DNA of 63,999 nt, filler included, from Reclinomonas americana ATCC 50394 (Eukaryota), in the NCBI GenBank assembly GCA_048213135.1. It is 10 parts of 5 records of this genome, joined end to end, with 100 filler letters (N's around TTAATTAATTAA, not from the genome) between each part and the next. Parts side by side here need not be neighbours in the genome. Positions count along the whole stretch, not along the records: positions 28,563 to 46,133 come from PS015642.1; positions 46,234 to 48,923 come from PS015642.1; positions 49,024 to 52,031 come from PS015642.1; 7 more parts are not named here. One strand, 5' to 3'. How positions within the stretch are numbered: the stretch's first letter is position 1; each line of letters opens with the position of its first letter. Position numbers and translations under genes: made by a program. The notes under the pieces were generated by a model. It made no database searches, was not told the DNA's origin, and worked only from the letters and a program-made list of their open reading frames with translations. Shown in pieces: positions 39,512-52,000 of the stretch.

Positions 39512-40348
39512 ATGGCCGACACGGACGACGAGCACACTGCCTGTGCTGCTGCTGCTCCCACTGCTGCTCGTTGGGCACTCGTTCTGCACGGAGGCGCAGG
39601 AGTCATCAGTGAGTGAAGAGGGAGGGAAAAGAGCGCGCGAAAAATTTTCCGAACACCATTCGCACCTCCTCGCTGTCTCTCTCACTCACTCACTCACTTG
39701 CTCACTCACTCACTCACTCACTCACTCTCTCTCTCACACACACACTCACTCACTCAGTCACTCACTCACTCACTCACTCACTCACTCACCTGTCTCTCTC
39801 ATTCTGTTATCAGGTGCAGACTCGTTTCTGCATGTTCAAGAGGAGCATCGCGACGCGTTGCGGGCAGCACTGGACGCTGGCATTGCTGTCTTGTCCGGAG
39901 GCGGTCGAGCAGTGGATGCCGTCGAGGTGAGCTGCTTGCAATTTGCTCGTTCACAGAGTGTGCTTATCTTGTTGTCCAAGGCCACGGTGTGCTCGTTGGA
40001 GGACTGTCCGCTCTTCAATGCCGGTCGAGGCGCGGTCTACAACGAGGCGGGCTTTCATGAGCTGGACGCGTGCATGGCGGATGGTGGGTTGAGTTGTCGT
40101 GTTCGTGTAGTTGCTTCTTGGGTTCTTGCTTCTCTGTTGATATTCCCTTGTTCACTCTGCACTTGAGCAGGGCCTCCTCTGTCTCCGCTCCTGGATTGAT
40201 CAGAGACAACCACTGCATCTTCACTTCTTGCTCGCTCACCATGAGCAGAGTTCTCCTTCGGGCTTTCTCTTCTCTGTTGGCATGCGTTGAGCTGAGCAAC
40301 CACTGTCCCTTCTCTCGTGTTCACTCTCCACATGCATTTGATCAGAGT

Positions 40349-40389
<41 letters not shown>

Positions 40390-42210
40390 NNNNNNNNNNN
40401 NNNNNNNNNNNNNNNNNNNNNNNNNNNNNNNNNNNNNNNNNNNNNNNNNNNNNNNNNNNNNNNNNNNNNNNNNNNNNNNNNNNNNNNNNNNNNNNNNNNN
40501 NNNNNNNNNNNNNNNNNNNNNNNNNNNNNNNNNNNNNNNNNNNNNNNNNNNNNNNNNNNNNNNNNNNNNNNNNNNNNNNNNNNNNNNNNNNNNNNNNNCT
40601 CTCTCTCTCAATTCTCGGGTTGATTGGACCCTTCTTCCCGCTCTCTTTCCGCATGAACAGAGTTCTCCATCAGTCTTTCACTTCTCCGTTGGTGTTTGTT
40701 GAACTGAGCAACCACTGCCCCTTCTCTTCGTGCTCACTCTCCACTTGGATTGCTGTGATCAGAGTTCTCCACAAGGCTTTTACTCTCAATCTCGAGTTGT
40801 CGCAGTGCCCTCTCTTCTTTCTCACATGAGCTGAGTACTTCCAAGCTTCCTCTCTCAATTCAATTCATGAGTTGAACTGAGCTGCCGCTTCATCTTCTCT
40901 CCAACTCGCTTCACCCCCTTCATCCTTATCTCGCTCTCTTGTCTCTTCGCAAGTGTCGGCCAGTGTGCAATCCCACCTCCTCCTGTCTCTAGTTCCTCTC
41001 GCTTGACTCGCTCCATCTTTCGCATCGTCTCAGCTGCATTCGTTGACGTTGCTGGTGTCTTCACTCACTCTCCCTTTGCCCACTCTCCTTCGCCAGGCTC
41101 CCAACCCGCCATGGCATCCGTCACCCTCTTGCAACGCGTGCGGCATCCCATTGTCGCCGCACGCCGCATCATGGACAAGTACGGCATTCTGACTCTCGGT
41201 GGACCGGTTCGTCTCTCCGCCCTCCGCCAACCGACACTCACTCACCACCCGCACGCAGAATGCCGACGCAGTGGCCGAGGAGCTGGGATGCGAGATGGTG
41301 GAGCAGTCGTTCTTCGACACGGAGCAAAGACTGCTGCAACTGGAGAGTGCGCGAGCGGCCGGTCGTGCATCACTGGACCACGGAGGCAGCATGACGGCGG
41401 TGACCAAGACCGGCAACGAATTTTGTGTGAATCGACCTGCCACGGCGGTGCCGCTGGATGGTGAGGGAGGAGGAGGAGGGGTGGAGGAGAAGATGGGTCG
41501 CCGTGTCTCTTTCGGAGCCTGTACCTCTCAGTCTTTCCATTGTGTTCCTTCTCCTCTTCTTAGCTCTGCCTGCTTACTATCTTGCTCCTCCTCCCTCATT
41601 CTGATTACTGTCATCCTCATCCACTCCTTTTCCTCTTCGCCTTCCCCTTTCACTCATTCCCCCCTCGCAGCCAAGTTCGGCACCGTCGGAGCCGTGGCAC
41701 TCGACGTGCACGGCAACGTGTGCGCCGGCACCAGCACCGGCGGCCTCACCAACAAAAAGGTCTCGCTTTCATTCCTCCCTTCCACCATCTTTCCCTCCTC
41801 CTTACACCCACGCAGGTGGGTCGCATCGGCGGAGTGCCCACCTTCGGCCACGCCACGATTGCGCGCAATAGCTTGTGCGGTCTGTCCTTCACCGGCATTG
41901 GCGAGGTGATGATGTATCACTGCGTGGCACACGACCTGCTGGCGCGCATGCAGTACAAGGACGTGTCACTGCGGGAGGCTGCTGACACGCTGTTTGACGA
42001 TGTGCTGCCCGACGACGTTGGCGGCATGATTGGCATTGATTGTCGCACTGGCGAAGTTGCGTGCAAGCCACGGATGAGAGAATGCGAGCACAGCTGACTG
42101 AACCATGCCTCTGTGCCTTCTTGCAGATTATTATCAAGTACTCCAGTGAGGGCATGTTCCGCGGCTGGGCCACGCCGCATGAGCGTGGTGTGGCCATTTG
42201 GGATTCTTGA
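39512..42210 (+). CDS. Isoaspartyl peptidase/L-asparaginase family (Ntn hydrolase, ASRGL1/IaaA-like), multi-exon
   Basis: LVLHGGAG, LEDCPLFNAGRGAV...ELDACMADG, GTVGAVALD...TSTGG, TGIGE, GMFRG. Confidence 0.93.
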
Positions 42211-42305
42211 GAGAGGAGGAGGGAATGAACGCCTTCCTCGTCAGTAACAACACACACTGTAATCCAACTTACACTTTTCTTTTCTTTTTTTCAAGCCCAC
42301 CAGCC

Positions 42306-45187
42306 TCACAGCACCGTGCAGCAGCACTTGTTCTGCCCGGCGCCTGCCCCGCCGGCACCACCAGGACCACCGCCCTCGGGATCCAAGTCCGCAGTGAATT
42401 CACCAATGCGACTCGGATTGATGCCGAGCCGCTGCTCCAGCTCGCGGCAGTACTCCTTCAACGCGCGGTTCTCCGCAATGAGGGCGCGCATGCGTGCTGT
42501 TCGCGGATCCACGTTGACTTGTGGGTTGCTCTTGATCTGCTTGGCACGATCGGCGAAACGCAGCGTGCTGAGCGTCTCTTCGTAGTTGAGCATGGCGGGA
42601 GAGATGTTGGCGATGATCAGAGTGAATGAGTTGCCGCCGAGAGAGTCTGCAGGTGTGGAGGGGCGAGTGAGAGAAGTGATAGAAGAGGGCAGGAGGAGAG
42701 GCGAGGGCAAGTGAAGGGAGGACGAGGGCAAGGGAAAGGAGGACGAGGGCAACGGAAAGGGAGAGGATGGGTGCAAGGTGGTGAGAGCACGAGAAGCGAG
42801 AATGAGAGGGCAAGAGAAGCGAGGAGGCGAGTGAAATAAGGGCGAAATTGTGAACTCGTGTGGAGCGAGAAGGTGGTGAAGGTGAAGCGAGAGAGACGGG
42901 GCCAACGGGAAAGGAGAGAGAAGGCGAGCAGACAACTGCAGAGAGGAGCGAGGATGTAAACTCAAAGGGTGTGACGAGGTGAGCGCAAGAGGAGCGAGAA
43001 GGCGAGATCACAAGAAGCAGGCATGAGTGCACAAGAGAAGCGAGGAGGACATTGCAATCGGAGTGACAAGGCGAGAGCAACAAAAGCGATAAGGCGAGAT
43101 CACATGAGTGCACAAGAGAAGCAAAGATGCGCATGCAACAGAGCGAGGGGTTGCAAGTGAAATCCCAGTGCACACCTTGCAACAATCTTGTCAGCTTCGA
43201 GTCGCGATACGGCACCTGAGAACGAGAATGAGAAAACAATGGCAACCTCTCTCGTCACGGTTAGCAGGTGACTCACATGACCGCGTTGTGACACAAGCGC
43301 GTTGATGACGTTGCCGAGAGCGCTCAGCGACTTGTTGATCTCCGCACCCTCCTTCAGCCGATCGCCGACAGCCAGTGTTTGACTCGCACGCTCCGAGCCG
43401 GCGAGATCCACCAGATGCAACTTGGAGGATCTCTCCGAGTAGCGCTCAGCGTCGTCGGCGTCCCACATGGTCAGCTGCGGAAGGTGGGAGATGAGGAGAA
43501 GGGGAAGGGGAAGGGGAAGGGGAAGGGGAAGGGGAACGTCGACAGAGAGAGAGAGAGCAAGGAAATAAGGAACTCTCGCGCAAGCTGCGCCTCACCCGTA
43601 AGCAACAAGAGAAGACGCAAAGTCTCAAAAGGAGAAGAAAAGAAGGGGAGAAGAGAAGACACGCGGAGGAGAAGAGCGTGTATGCAAAGTCGAATGCACA
43701 ACGCACGTCAAAGCAGGAAAGGAAGAGAGAGAGAGAGAGAGAGAGCAAGGAAACGAAGGAACTCTCGCGCAAGCTGTGCATTAACCAAAAGCAAGAAGAG
43801 CAGACGCAGAGTCTGACAGGAGAAGGAAACAAGGAGAGGAAGACAAGAGTAGGAGAGGAATCCGGTTGACACACAACTAGAATTCCAGGCACAGTTTCAC
43901 AGCCGCTGTGCAGCGCTCTCAAGAGCAACGGAGAGAGAAAAGAACCAAAAGAAGGCACAGGGGCCGACCGACTCAAACACAAGGACCCACAGACAAAAGA
44001 AGAGAGAAGACACCAAAGGTGAACGAACGAGGAGGAGCCTGGTTGACACGCAACGCGCAGAGATCAAATGTGGAAGTAGTTTCACAGTCGCCGTGCCGCG
44101 CTCTCAAGAACAACGGAAAGGAAAAGAACACGAAGAAGGCTCGAAGGCCAACAGATTCACAGACACTGGCTCGCAGAAATCAAGACACAAACAGGCAAAG
44201 AGAGAATGAGAGGAAGAGAACTTGGAAGATGAGAGGTGAACAAGGGACCAAGTGAGGGAGGAGTTGCGGACGGAGGAATGGGGAGGAGTAAGAAGCCGAT
44301 CATAAGTGGAAAGTAAGGCAAAGAAGAGAATGAACGAGACAAAAAGAAACTCTCCAAGACAAGGTAACAAGACGACCTCACAAGCTGATCTCAACGTGCT
44401 CTCTCTCTCTCTGCTGTACGGCCAAGGCGGATGTACGGTACAGCAGACNNNNNNNNNNNNNNNNNNNNNNNNNNNNNNNNNNNNNNNNNNNNNNNNNNNN
44501 NNNNNNNNNNNNNNNNNNNNNNNNNNNNNNNNNNNNNNNNNNNNNNNNNNNNNNNNNNNNNNNNNNNNNNNNNNNNNNNNNNNNNNNNNNNNNNNNNNNN
44601 NNNNNNNNNNNNNNNNNNNNNNNNNNNNNNNNNNNNNNNNNNNNNNNNNNNNNNNNNNNNNNNNNNNNNNNNNNNNNNNNNNNNNNNNNNNNNNNNNNNN
44701 NNNNNNNNNNNNNNNNNNNNNNNNNNNNNNNNNNNNNNNNNNNNNNNNNNNNNNNNNNNNNNNNNNNNNNNNNNNNNNNNNNNNNNNNNNNNNNNNNNNN
44801 NNNNNNNNNNNNNNNNNNNNNNNNNNNNNNNNNNNNNNNNNNNNNNNNNNNNNNNNNNNNNNNNNNNNNNNNNNNNNNNNNNNNNNNNNNNNNNNNNNNN
44901 NNNNNNNNNNNNNNNNNNNNNNNNNNNNNNNNNNNNNNNNNNNNNNNNNNNNNNNNNNNNNNNNNNNNNNNNNNNNNNNNNNNNNNNNNNNNNNNNNNNN
45001 NNNNNNNNNNNNNNNNNNNNNNNNNNNNNNNNNNNNNNNNNNNNNNNNNNNNNNNNNNNNNNNNNNNNNNNNNNNNNNNNNNNNNNNAGAAGAAGTAACG
45101 AACGAACGAAAACGAAAACGAAACTAACCTAACGAACGAACGAACGTAACGAACGAACCGACCACCACACGTACGTACTCTACCTAC

Positions 45188-45247
<60 letters not shown>

Positions 45248-46763
45248 TACAGCAATGAAATCGCTCGCCGCTCTCCCTTCCCCCCTCCCTTCCCTTATCG
45301 CCCTTTCTCTCGCTTCACGCAACATAAACCGTAAACACTGAATGACTGCGCGATGAGCGATCGTTCATCGCCGTCTCGCCCGTGGTTCGCCGAGCTGTGC
45401 CCGCTGCATACGCCTCCATGATATCCGACATGCTCTGCACCTCGACCTCGGTCAAATCTGCACGACACCGTGAGTGACACGCCACGGGGGAAAACACAAA
45501 AAGTCACGCAACTGTCGACATAGATACCGCGACCGCCTCGCGTGCCATCCTGCCTAATCTGCAACGGCCCATCGTCGGCATCGTCCGGCGAGTCCGCCGG
45601 CGACGCAGCAGCCGATGCAGCCGCTCGCCCACCTCGCGGCTTGGACGGCGATGCATCACGCGGCTTGGACGGCGACGCATTGCGGCCCTGGTTGGCCGGC
45701 GACAGCAGATCCTTCAGCTTTTCCATGTAGATCTCCAAGTAGCTCACGCGCAAGCGGTACTGCATCCGCGACGAGCGCTCGTTCAACTGCGCCAGCAGCT
45801 GCTCGACCAGTCGCGGGGTGATGCCTGGGAGGGGGAATGGGCGGGAGATGAGAATACGGACAAGGCGTAGAAGAAGAAGGCGATTGGGATGCACAGAGAG
45901 AGAGAGAGAGAAAGGATACGACGGTGGGAGCGCTGAGGCGCAAGAGAACACGGACAAGGCGTAGAACAAGAGAGCGATTTGGGCTGCAGAGACAGACAGA
46001 CAGAGAGAGAGAGAGACGACAGTCACACGAGCCTCGTTGCGACGACTGGAACCCTCCGCCTTCCATGGTGTGCGTCTTGCCGGAGCCCGTCTGTCCGTAT
46101 GCGAGAATCGTGGCATTGTAGCCCTGCAGCACGNNNNNNNNNNNNNNNNNNNNNNNNNNNNNNNNNNNNNNNNNNNNTTAATTAATTAANNNNNNNNNNN
46201 NNNNNNNNNNNNNNNNNNNNNNNNNNNNNNNNNAGTGGAAGGATGTTGGCCGCGGTGCCGCCGTAGATCACCTCTTGGGTGGTCTCCGGGCCAAAGGCTC
46301 GATCAAAGGCGAAGGTTCGTGCGGGGCCTTTGTTGATCTGAGGAAGGGAGAGAGTGAGGGAGGGAGAGGGAGGGAGGGAGTGAGCCACGCACCAGTGCCA
46401 CTTGAGCGCCTTCGGTTTGAACACAGACGCCACCATCCGCTGCATTCTCGCGTGCTGTTTGACACACAGAGAGTGAGTGTCCACTGCGCGACCCACTCTC
46501 TGCTTCTGACACAGACGCAAACCGTTGGGCGGTCTGGCGGTGGTGGCAGGAGGCAGGCAGGAAGAGCGATGAGTTCAATTTCGTTTTCGCGCGCGCGTTG
46601 TTGTCACTGTCATCTCTCACCTGACTCGCACGGCGACAATGACACTGGCGGTGCCGGCAGAGGAGCGGCCGAGTGCGGCGTTTGCTCCTCCTGTGCGAGC
46701 GGCGACGGGAGTGTCGGCACCGGCGGCGGCGGAGGCGTCGACGGCTCCGGGAATGTCTGCCAT
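42306..46763 (-). CDS. Kinesin (N-terminal motor, short coiled coil, C-terminal CCCTVL); spans a contig linker
   Basis: [77 protein letters not shown]. Confidence 0.95.
45825..46032 (-). other. GC-AG intron in kinesin (CGAG|GCTCGT...CAG|GC)
   Basis: Restores RGITPR (kinesin GIIPR motif); the nearest in-phase GT donor would give RGSCITPR. Confidence 0.65.
46523..46533 (-). other. 11-nt microexon of kinesin (ACCGCCCAACG)
   Basis: AG/GT-flanked and required for VRVRPPNARE. Confidence 0.75.
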
Positions 46764-47264
46764 TGATTTGATTGATTATTGTTTTGCCTCTCAACCGTCA
46801 GGACCGGCGGGCAGCAGTTGGTTTTCTGCGTGTTTTTCCTTTTTCTCTAATTGTACGCGCTGCTGCTTGTGGTTATGCTGTCTGGCGGTCATGGTTGCTC
46901 TGCGTGGGCCATGATCATGCATTCTTCACGATAAGTCGAATATCGACGCGACGTTGGTGCGCTACTGTGGATTTCGGCCCGAGGCTTGTCACCAGTGCAG
47001 CTATGCACTTGCAATGCCTGTTCCTCTGCTGCGGGTTTTTGGATTAGTAAAGTTGTTGTTGTTGTTGTTGTTGTTGGGGCATACAGCAAGAGCACCGTCG
47101 GCGGCAACGTCGCAGAAACGGTTGCGCACGCAATATTGGTTCGTAATTCATTCGTGCCGCTGCTCCACTCCGCTCATCGTTCATGCGGTGATGAAAGAGC
47201 CGGCAGCGATCATAATCAGACGACTATTTTGATGGACTGACATCAACTTTTCATTCACAAACAA

Positions 47265-47705
47265 TCACTCCTCGATCTTCGAGAAAGTGTTGGTGCCAAT
47301 GTTGAACGCGTCCCAGGTGGCGCCCGCCTCTTGTGAGAGGATCCAGAATGCGCGGACCTTCTTGTCGTCGATCTTGGAAAAATTCCAAGTCGTCGTCGAC
47401 GACCGCCAGCCGACAGTGAAACCACCGGTTACACCGCTCTCGCAGAGGCGGCCGACCAGGGGAAACCAGTTGCCAACGATGTCATGGCCTTCCTTCTTCT
47501 GGACGGCAGTGAAGTAGCGACCAGTGAACTCGCCGTCCACAGAAACCGAGTCGATCGTCATGCGAGACTCCAGCTCGTTACCCCACGTGCCGACGATCCA
47601 GCTGTGGTCGTGGACCTTGGCGTCGTCGGCATGGATGCCGGCGTCGGCTGCGGACGGCGCGGCGGCTGCGGAGATCGATCCGGAGGGGCCAGTATCGTCG
47701 CTCAT
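47265..47705 (-). CDS. Avidin/streptavidin-family protein, intronless, no signal peptide
   Basis: GTW.NELESRM, G.FTGRY.TAV, GFTVGW, STTTW, WIL, W.AFNIG.NTF.K. Confidence 0.88.
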   Translation of the reverse strand: MSDDTGPSGSISAAAAPSAADAGIHADDAKVHDHSWIVGTWGNELESRMTIDSVSVDGEFTGRYFTAVQKKEGHDIVGNWFPLVGRLCESGVTGGFTVGWRSSTTTWNFSKIDDKKVRAFWILSQEAGATWDAFNIGTNTFSKIEE

Positions 47706-48585
47706 TGCTTGCTCTCCGAGTTGAGTGGAAAAAAAGTGAGATGCCGGGTTTCTCACTGCGACTGGACGCAGCGCGCGATGCCGGCGCAATGCCGGAAATC
47801 AAGTTGTCCAGATTTAGACTCCCACACCTCCCAATAATAGCCTCTGTCCTGGTAGCCGTCGCCTACCAGCAATTACAGGCATTCCATCTGCTGCAAGCCA
47901 ACAGCCGGCGTGTGCGCATGCATATAACAAACGAGTCGTCAAAAATCCGACTTGTGCCACTGTGCACGTGTCGGCTGCGAGAATTCCGGCACAATCTGGC
48001 ACTCGTTGTTGTTTTGTAGATTGTCTTTTGGGCTCTTCACCAATGCCCCATGGCCAGTTCTGCCTCCGAAATTCAAACTTCGAATTCGAGGCTCCTAGGC
48101 CTGATCCGGATCGATATCTCACCAGCCTGACAGGGACAACTGTTGTACAAGCGACTAGTTCACGCTCTTTCTGAACCCTCAACGCACGGGAAAGAGGACC
48201 GACACATGCGAGGTCCAAGAATGAACCAGTGAGAGTTCCGAATTCGAACGCGCAGCGTGCACGATCTTTTTGCATTCTTTTCTGGAATTCGGCGTCAAAT
48301 CCACGCTTGTCATGAGCCGTGGTTTTCTCTTGCAGAACCGCCATCTCGACTTTTTCTCACCGTTTCCGTGATGTCGCACGCTGCGTGCATGCGAAGTTCT
48401 GGTCCTCACTCAAGATGGTGATCATCATGCAGCTGCGTTGCTCTTTGGATAAGTAACAAATCGCAGCTCTGTACTCTCGATCATGCAGCTCGACGATCCA
48501 CAGATACAACCTCGTCCTTACACTCTCCCATTTGCAATTGTGTCCTGTGCATTTTACATGCATTATCCTCCACTGCTTGCGCGCA

Positions 48586-49023
48586 ATGGCAGACTCCACG
48601 CCTCCCAGCAGCGCTGCCACCGCCACCACCACGCCCACTCCCACAGGCACCGACACTCCCACTCCCGATGGCACCACTCCCACTCCTCCTACTCCACCTC
48701 CACCAACAGCAGAGAAGCAACCAGAGGCACCCTCCTCCTCCTCCGCAGCTGCACCTGCCCCAGAAGAGGAAGAGGCAGAGGAGGCTGAGGAGGCGCAAAG
48801 CCCACTGCTCACCTCGGCCAAGGCCAGTGAGCAGCTGCGCATGATTGCTGCAGTGTTGGAGGCACTGTTGACTGCGTGTGGGACCAGCAGCAGTGAGGCA
48901 TCTCCGTTGCCAGGAGCAGGTGANNNNNNNNNNNNNNNNNNNNNNNNNNNNNNNNNNNNNNNNNNNNTTAATTAATTAANNNNNNNNNNNNNNNNNNNNN
49001 NNNNNNNNNNNNNNNNNNNNNNN

Positions 49024-49071
<48 letters not shown>

Positions 49072-52000
49072 AGGGAGAAGGGAAGGGGATGTGTGTGAAT
49101 GCACACATTGTATCTGTATGTGTGTCTTTATGTGAGAGAGAGTGTGTGTGTGTGTGAGAGAGAGAGAGTGTGTGTGTGTGTGTGTATGTATGTATGTGTG
49201 TGTATGTGAGTGAGTGAGTGTGGGGGAGTGAGTGCATGTGTAGGTGAAGGATTAGGCGACGGATAAGGTCACCTTTTGTGACACCTTTCTTTCTCTATCC
49301 CTCTTCCTCTCTCCCTCTCCCTCGCCCTCCCTCGCTCTCCCTCGCTCTCTCTCTCTCCACTCCCATGACACAATGCATTCACTCACATTTTTCTCCTTCA
49401 CTGACCCATTCTCGGCTCTTTTCTCTCTCTTTGTCTCTCAGCCTCCGGCAGCAGTGACAGTGCATCCTCAACTGCGTCGACATCGACCGCGCTGCTTGTG
49501 CAGACTCGGCGTGTGGCGCGAGTGTTGCAGGCGCTGATCCATGCGGCGACGATCATGGAGACGCAAGTCGCAGAGGTGAGTGTGCCCTTCTCCTGCAACC
49601 TCTCTCACTCACCCTCTAGTGGCAGAGGTACACAAGAGACCTTTTCTCATCAATAGCCCTCTACTGATTCACCTCTTTCTTATTGAGCATTCACCTGTCA
49701 TGTACCCGTTACCCTCTCTGCTTTGCACTCAAGCCCTCTTTCTCATTGAGAGCCATCGAGCGCCTTTCAGCATCGATGGCCCTCCCTTCTCCTTCTTGAA
49801 GCTCTCCCACTCTCGAGTGGCAGTGGTCTTCGAAAGCCCTCGTTCTCGCTGTCTTTTGAGGCAGTCCCCTTGGTGCACCTCCCTGGCAGTCACCCTCTCT
49901 CCTTCTTTGACTCTCACGCAAACCGTCTTTGTCATTGAGAGTCTTCGAGCACCTGCCTCTCACTTCTTCCGAAGCCGGAATTCAAACCCTCTCTCTCATT
50001 GGACCTCTCATCGCGCCTCCATTCTTCTGAACCTTTCATTCACACCTCTCTTTGGTGCAAGATGCACACATTGGCCTCTGCTTCCCACTCTGTGTTCCCT
50101 TTCCTCCCCTTCTCTCTTCTCCAGTGATCACTCTTTCTCTCCAACTGTTTCATACTCTCTTTTCTTATTCTGGTTCCAACCTGTTCTGTGTCATCCTCCT
50201 TGTCTCGCCACCTCCGTGTCAGCGACCCGTTGTTTCCAATCCTCCCATCTCCCCATCTCTTCTCTCTCATCGTGTTTCTCTCCCTTCTCCCCTCATCTTC
50301 CACTTATTCCCCTTTCCCCCTCCCTTCCCCCNNNNNNNNNNNNNNNNNNNNNNNNNNNNNNNNNNNNNNNNNNNNNNNNNNNNNNNNNNNNNNNNNNNNN
50401 NNNNNNNNNNNNNNNNNNNNNNNNNNNNNNNNNNNNNNNNNNNNNNNNNNNNNNNNNNNNNNNNNNNNNNNNNNNNNNNNNNNNNNNNNNNNNNNNNNNN
50501 NNNNNNNNNNNNNNNNNNNNNNNNNNNNNNNNNNNNNNNNNNNNNNNNNNNNNNNNNNNNNNNNNNNNNNNNNNNNNNNNNNNNNNNNNNNNNNNNNNNN
50601 NNNNNNNNNNNNNNNNNNNNNNNNNNNNNNNNNNNNNNNNNNNNNNNNNNNNNNNNNNNNNNNNNNNNNNNNNNNNNNNNNNNNNNNNNNNNNNNNNNNN
50701 NNNNNNNNNNNNNNNNNNNNNNNNNNNNNNNNNNNNNNNNNNNNNNNNNNNNNNNNNNNNNNNNNNNNNNNNNNNNNNNNNNNNNNNNNNNNNNNNNNNN
50801 NNNNNNNNNNNNNNNNNNNNNNNNNNNNNNNNNNNNNNNNNNNNNNNNNNNNNNNNNNNNNNNNNNNNNNNNNNNNNNNNNNNNNNNNNNNNNNNNNNNN
50901 NNNNNNNNNNNNNNNNNNNNNNNNNNNNNNNNNNNNNNNNNNNNNNNNNNNNNNNNNNNNNNNNNNNNNNNNNNNNNNNNNNNNNNNNNNNNNNNNNNNN
51001 NNNNNNNNNNNNNNNNNNNNNNNNNNNNNNNNNNNNNNNNNNNNNNNNNNNNNNNNNNNNNNNNNNNNNNNNNNNNNNNNNNNNNNNNNNNNNNNNNNNN
51101 NNNNNNNNNNNNNNNNNNNNNNNNNNNNNNNNNNNNNNNNNNNNNNNNNNNNNNNNNNNNNNNNNNNNNNNNNNNNNNNNNNNNNNNNNNNNNNNTTCCC
51201 CCGCCCCTTACCCCCCTCCCTTCCCCCCCTCCCTTCCCCCCCCTCCCTTACCCCCTCCCTTACCCCCTCCCTTCCCCCCTTCCAGGACACCGCCTACCAC
51301 GCCAAAGTCTCCGCCAAGAACGTGCGCGTGGCCGTCGACCGCGGCGAGCAGCTGCTGGCGGCCATGATTGACGCTGAGAAGATGGTGGTGCGACGCGTGG
51401 AGGAGTACGCCGAGAAGGGTGTCGGTTCGTCCTCACCTCCCCGTCAATTCTTCGTCGCGCACTGACCGCGATGCAGGCGATTTTCGCATGGTTACCTTTG
51501 AGGAGCATGTGGCGAATCGCGATAAGCAGCGCAAGCGCGTGTTGCAGGCCACCAGCGAGATGAACAAGGTGCTCGGACAGTTGCTCGACGTGCACTCGGG
51601 GCGAATGCAGTTTTTGCGCAGCAACAGGTGAGCGATGGAAGAAGCATCCTCTCCTCCTCCCCCCTTTTGTGTCTCTCTTACTCAACAGATACCCCCGTCT
51701 TTCTCGTTTCCGTTTCATCGTACTAGTATCCAATTTTCTCACGGTGTTCCTTCACATTTGATGTCCCTCTTCTGTCTCCTCGTAACCCTCCTTCCCCTTC
51801 CTGCCTTTTCTCCGTTTCCCGTCTGCATTCCCCTTCGCATTTCCCTTCCTCCTGTCCCGTCTGCATTCCCCTTCTCATTCAAATTCCCCCACTCCTTCCC
51901 CTATTCCTTCCCCCATTCCTTCCCCCATTCCTTCCCTATTCCTTCCCCTATTCCTTCCCCTATTCCTTCCCCCATCGCTTCCCCCATCGCTTCCCCCATC

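Noticed and set aside
48079..48159. Polylinker-like cluster of 6-bp palindromes (GAATTC, CCTAGG, AGGCCT, TCCGGA, ATCGAT, GATATC, TGTACA, ACTAGT)
   Set aside because: No recognisable vector flanks, and a similar cluster occurs in coding DNA near 28582-28611. Likely chance; a VecScreen search would settle it.
49580..51465. Long ORFs spanning N gaps or CT/GA tracts (also 44306-45325, 55557-57770)
   Set aside because: Artefacts of Ns and low-complexity intron sequence.
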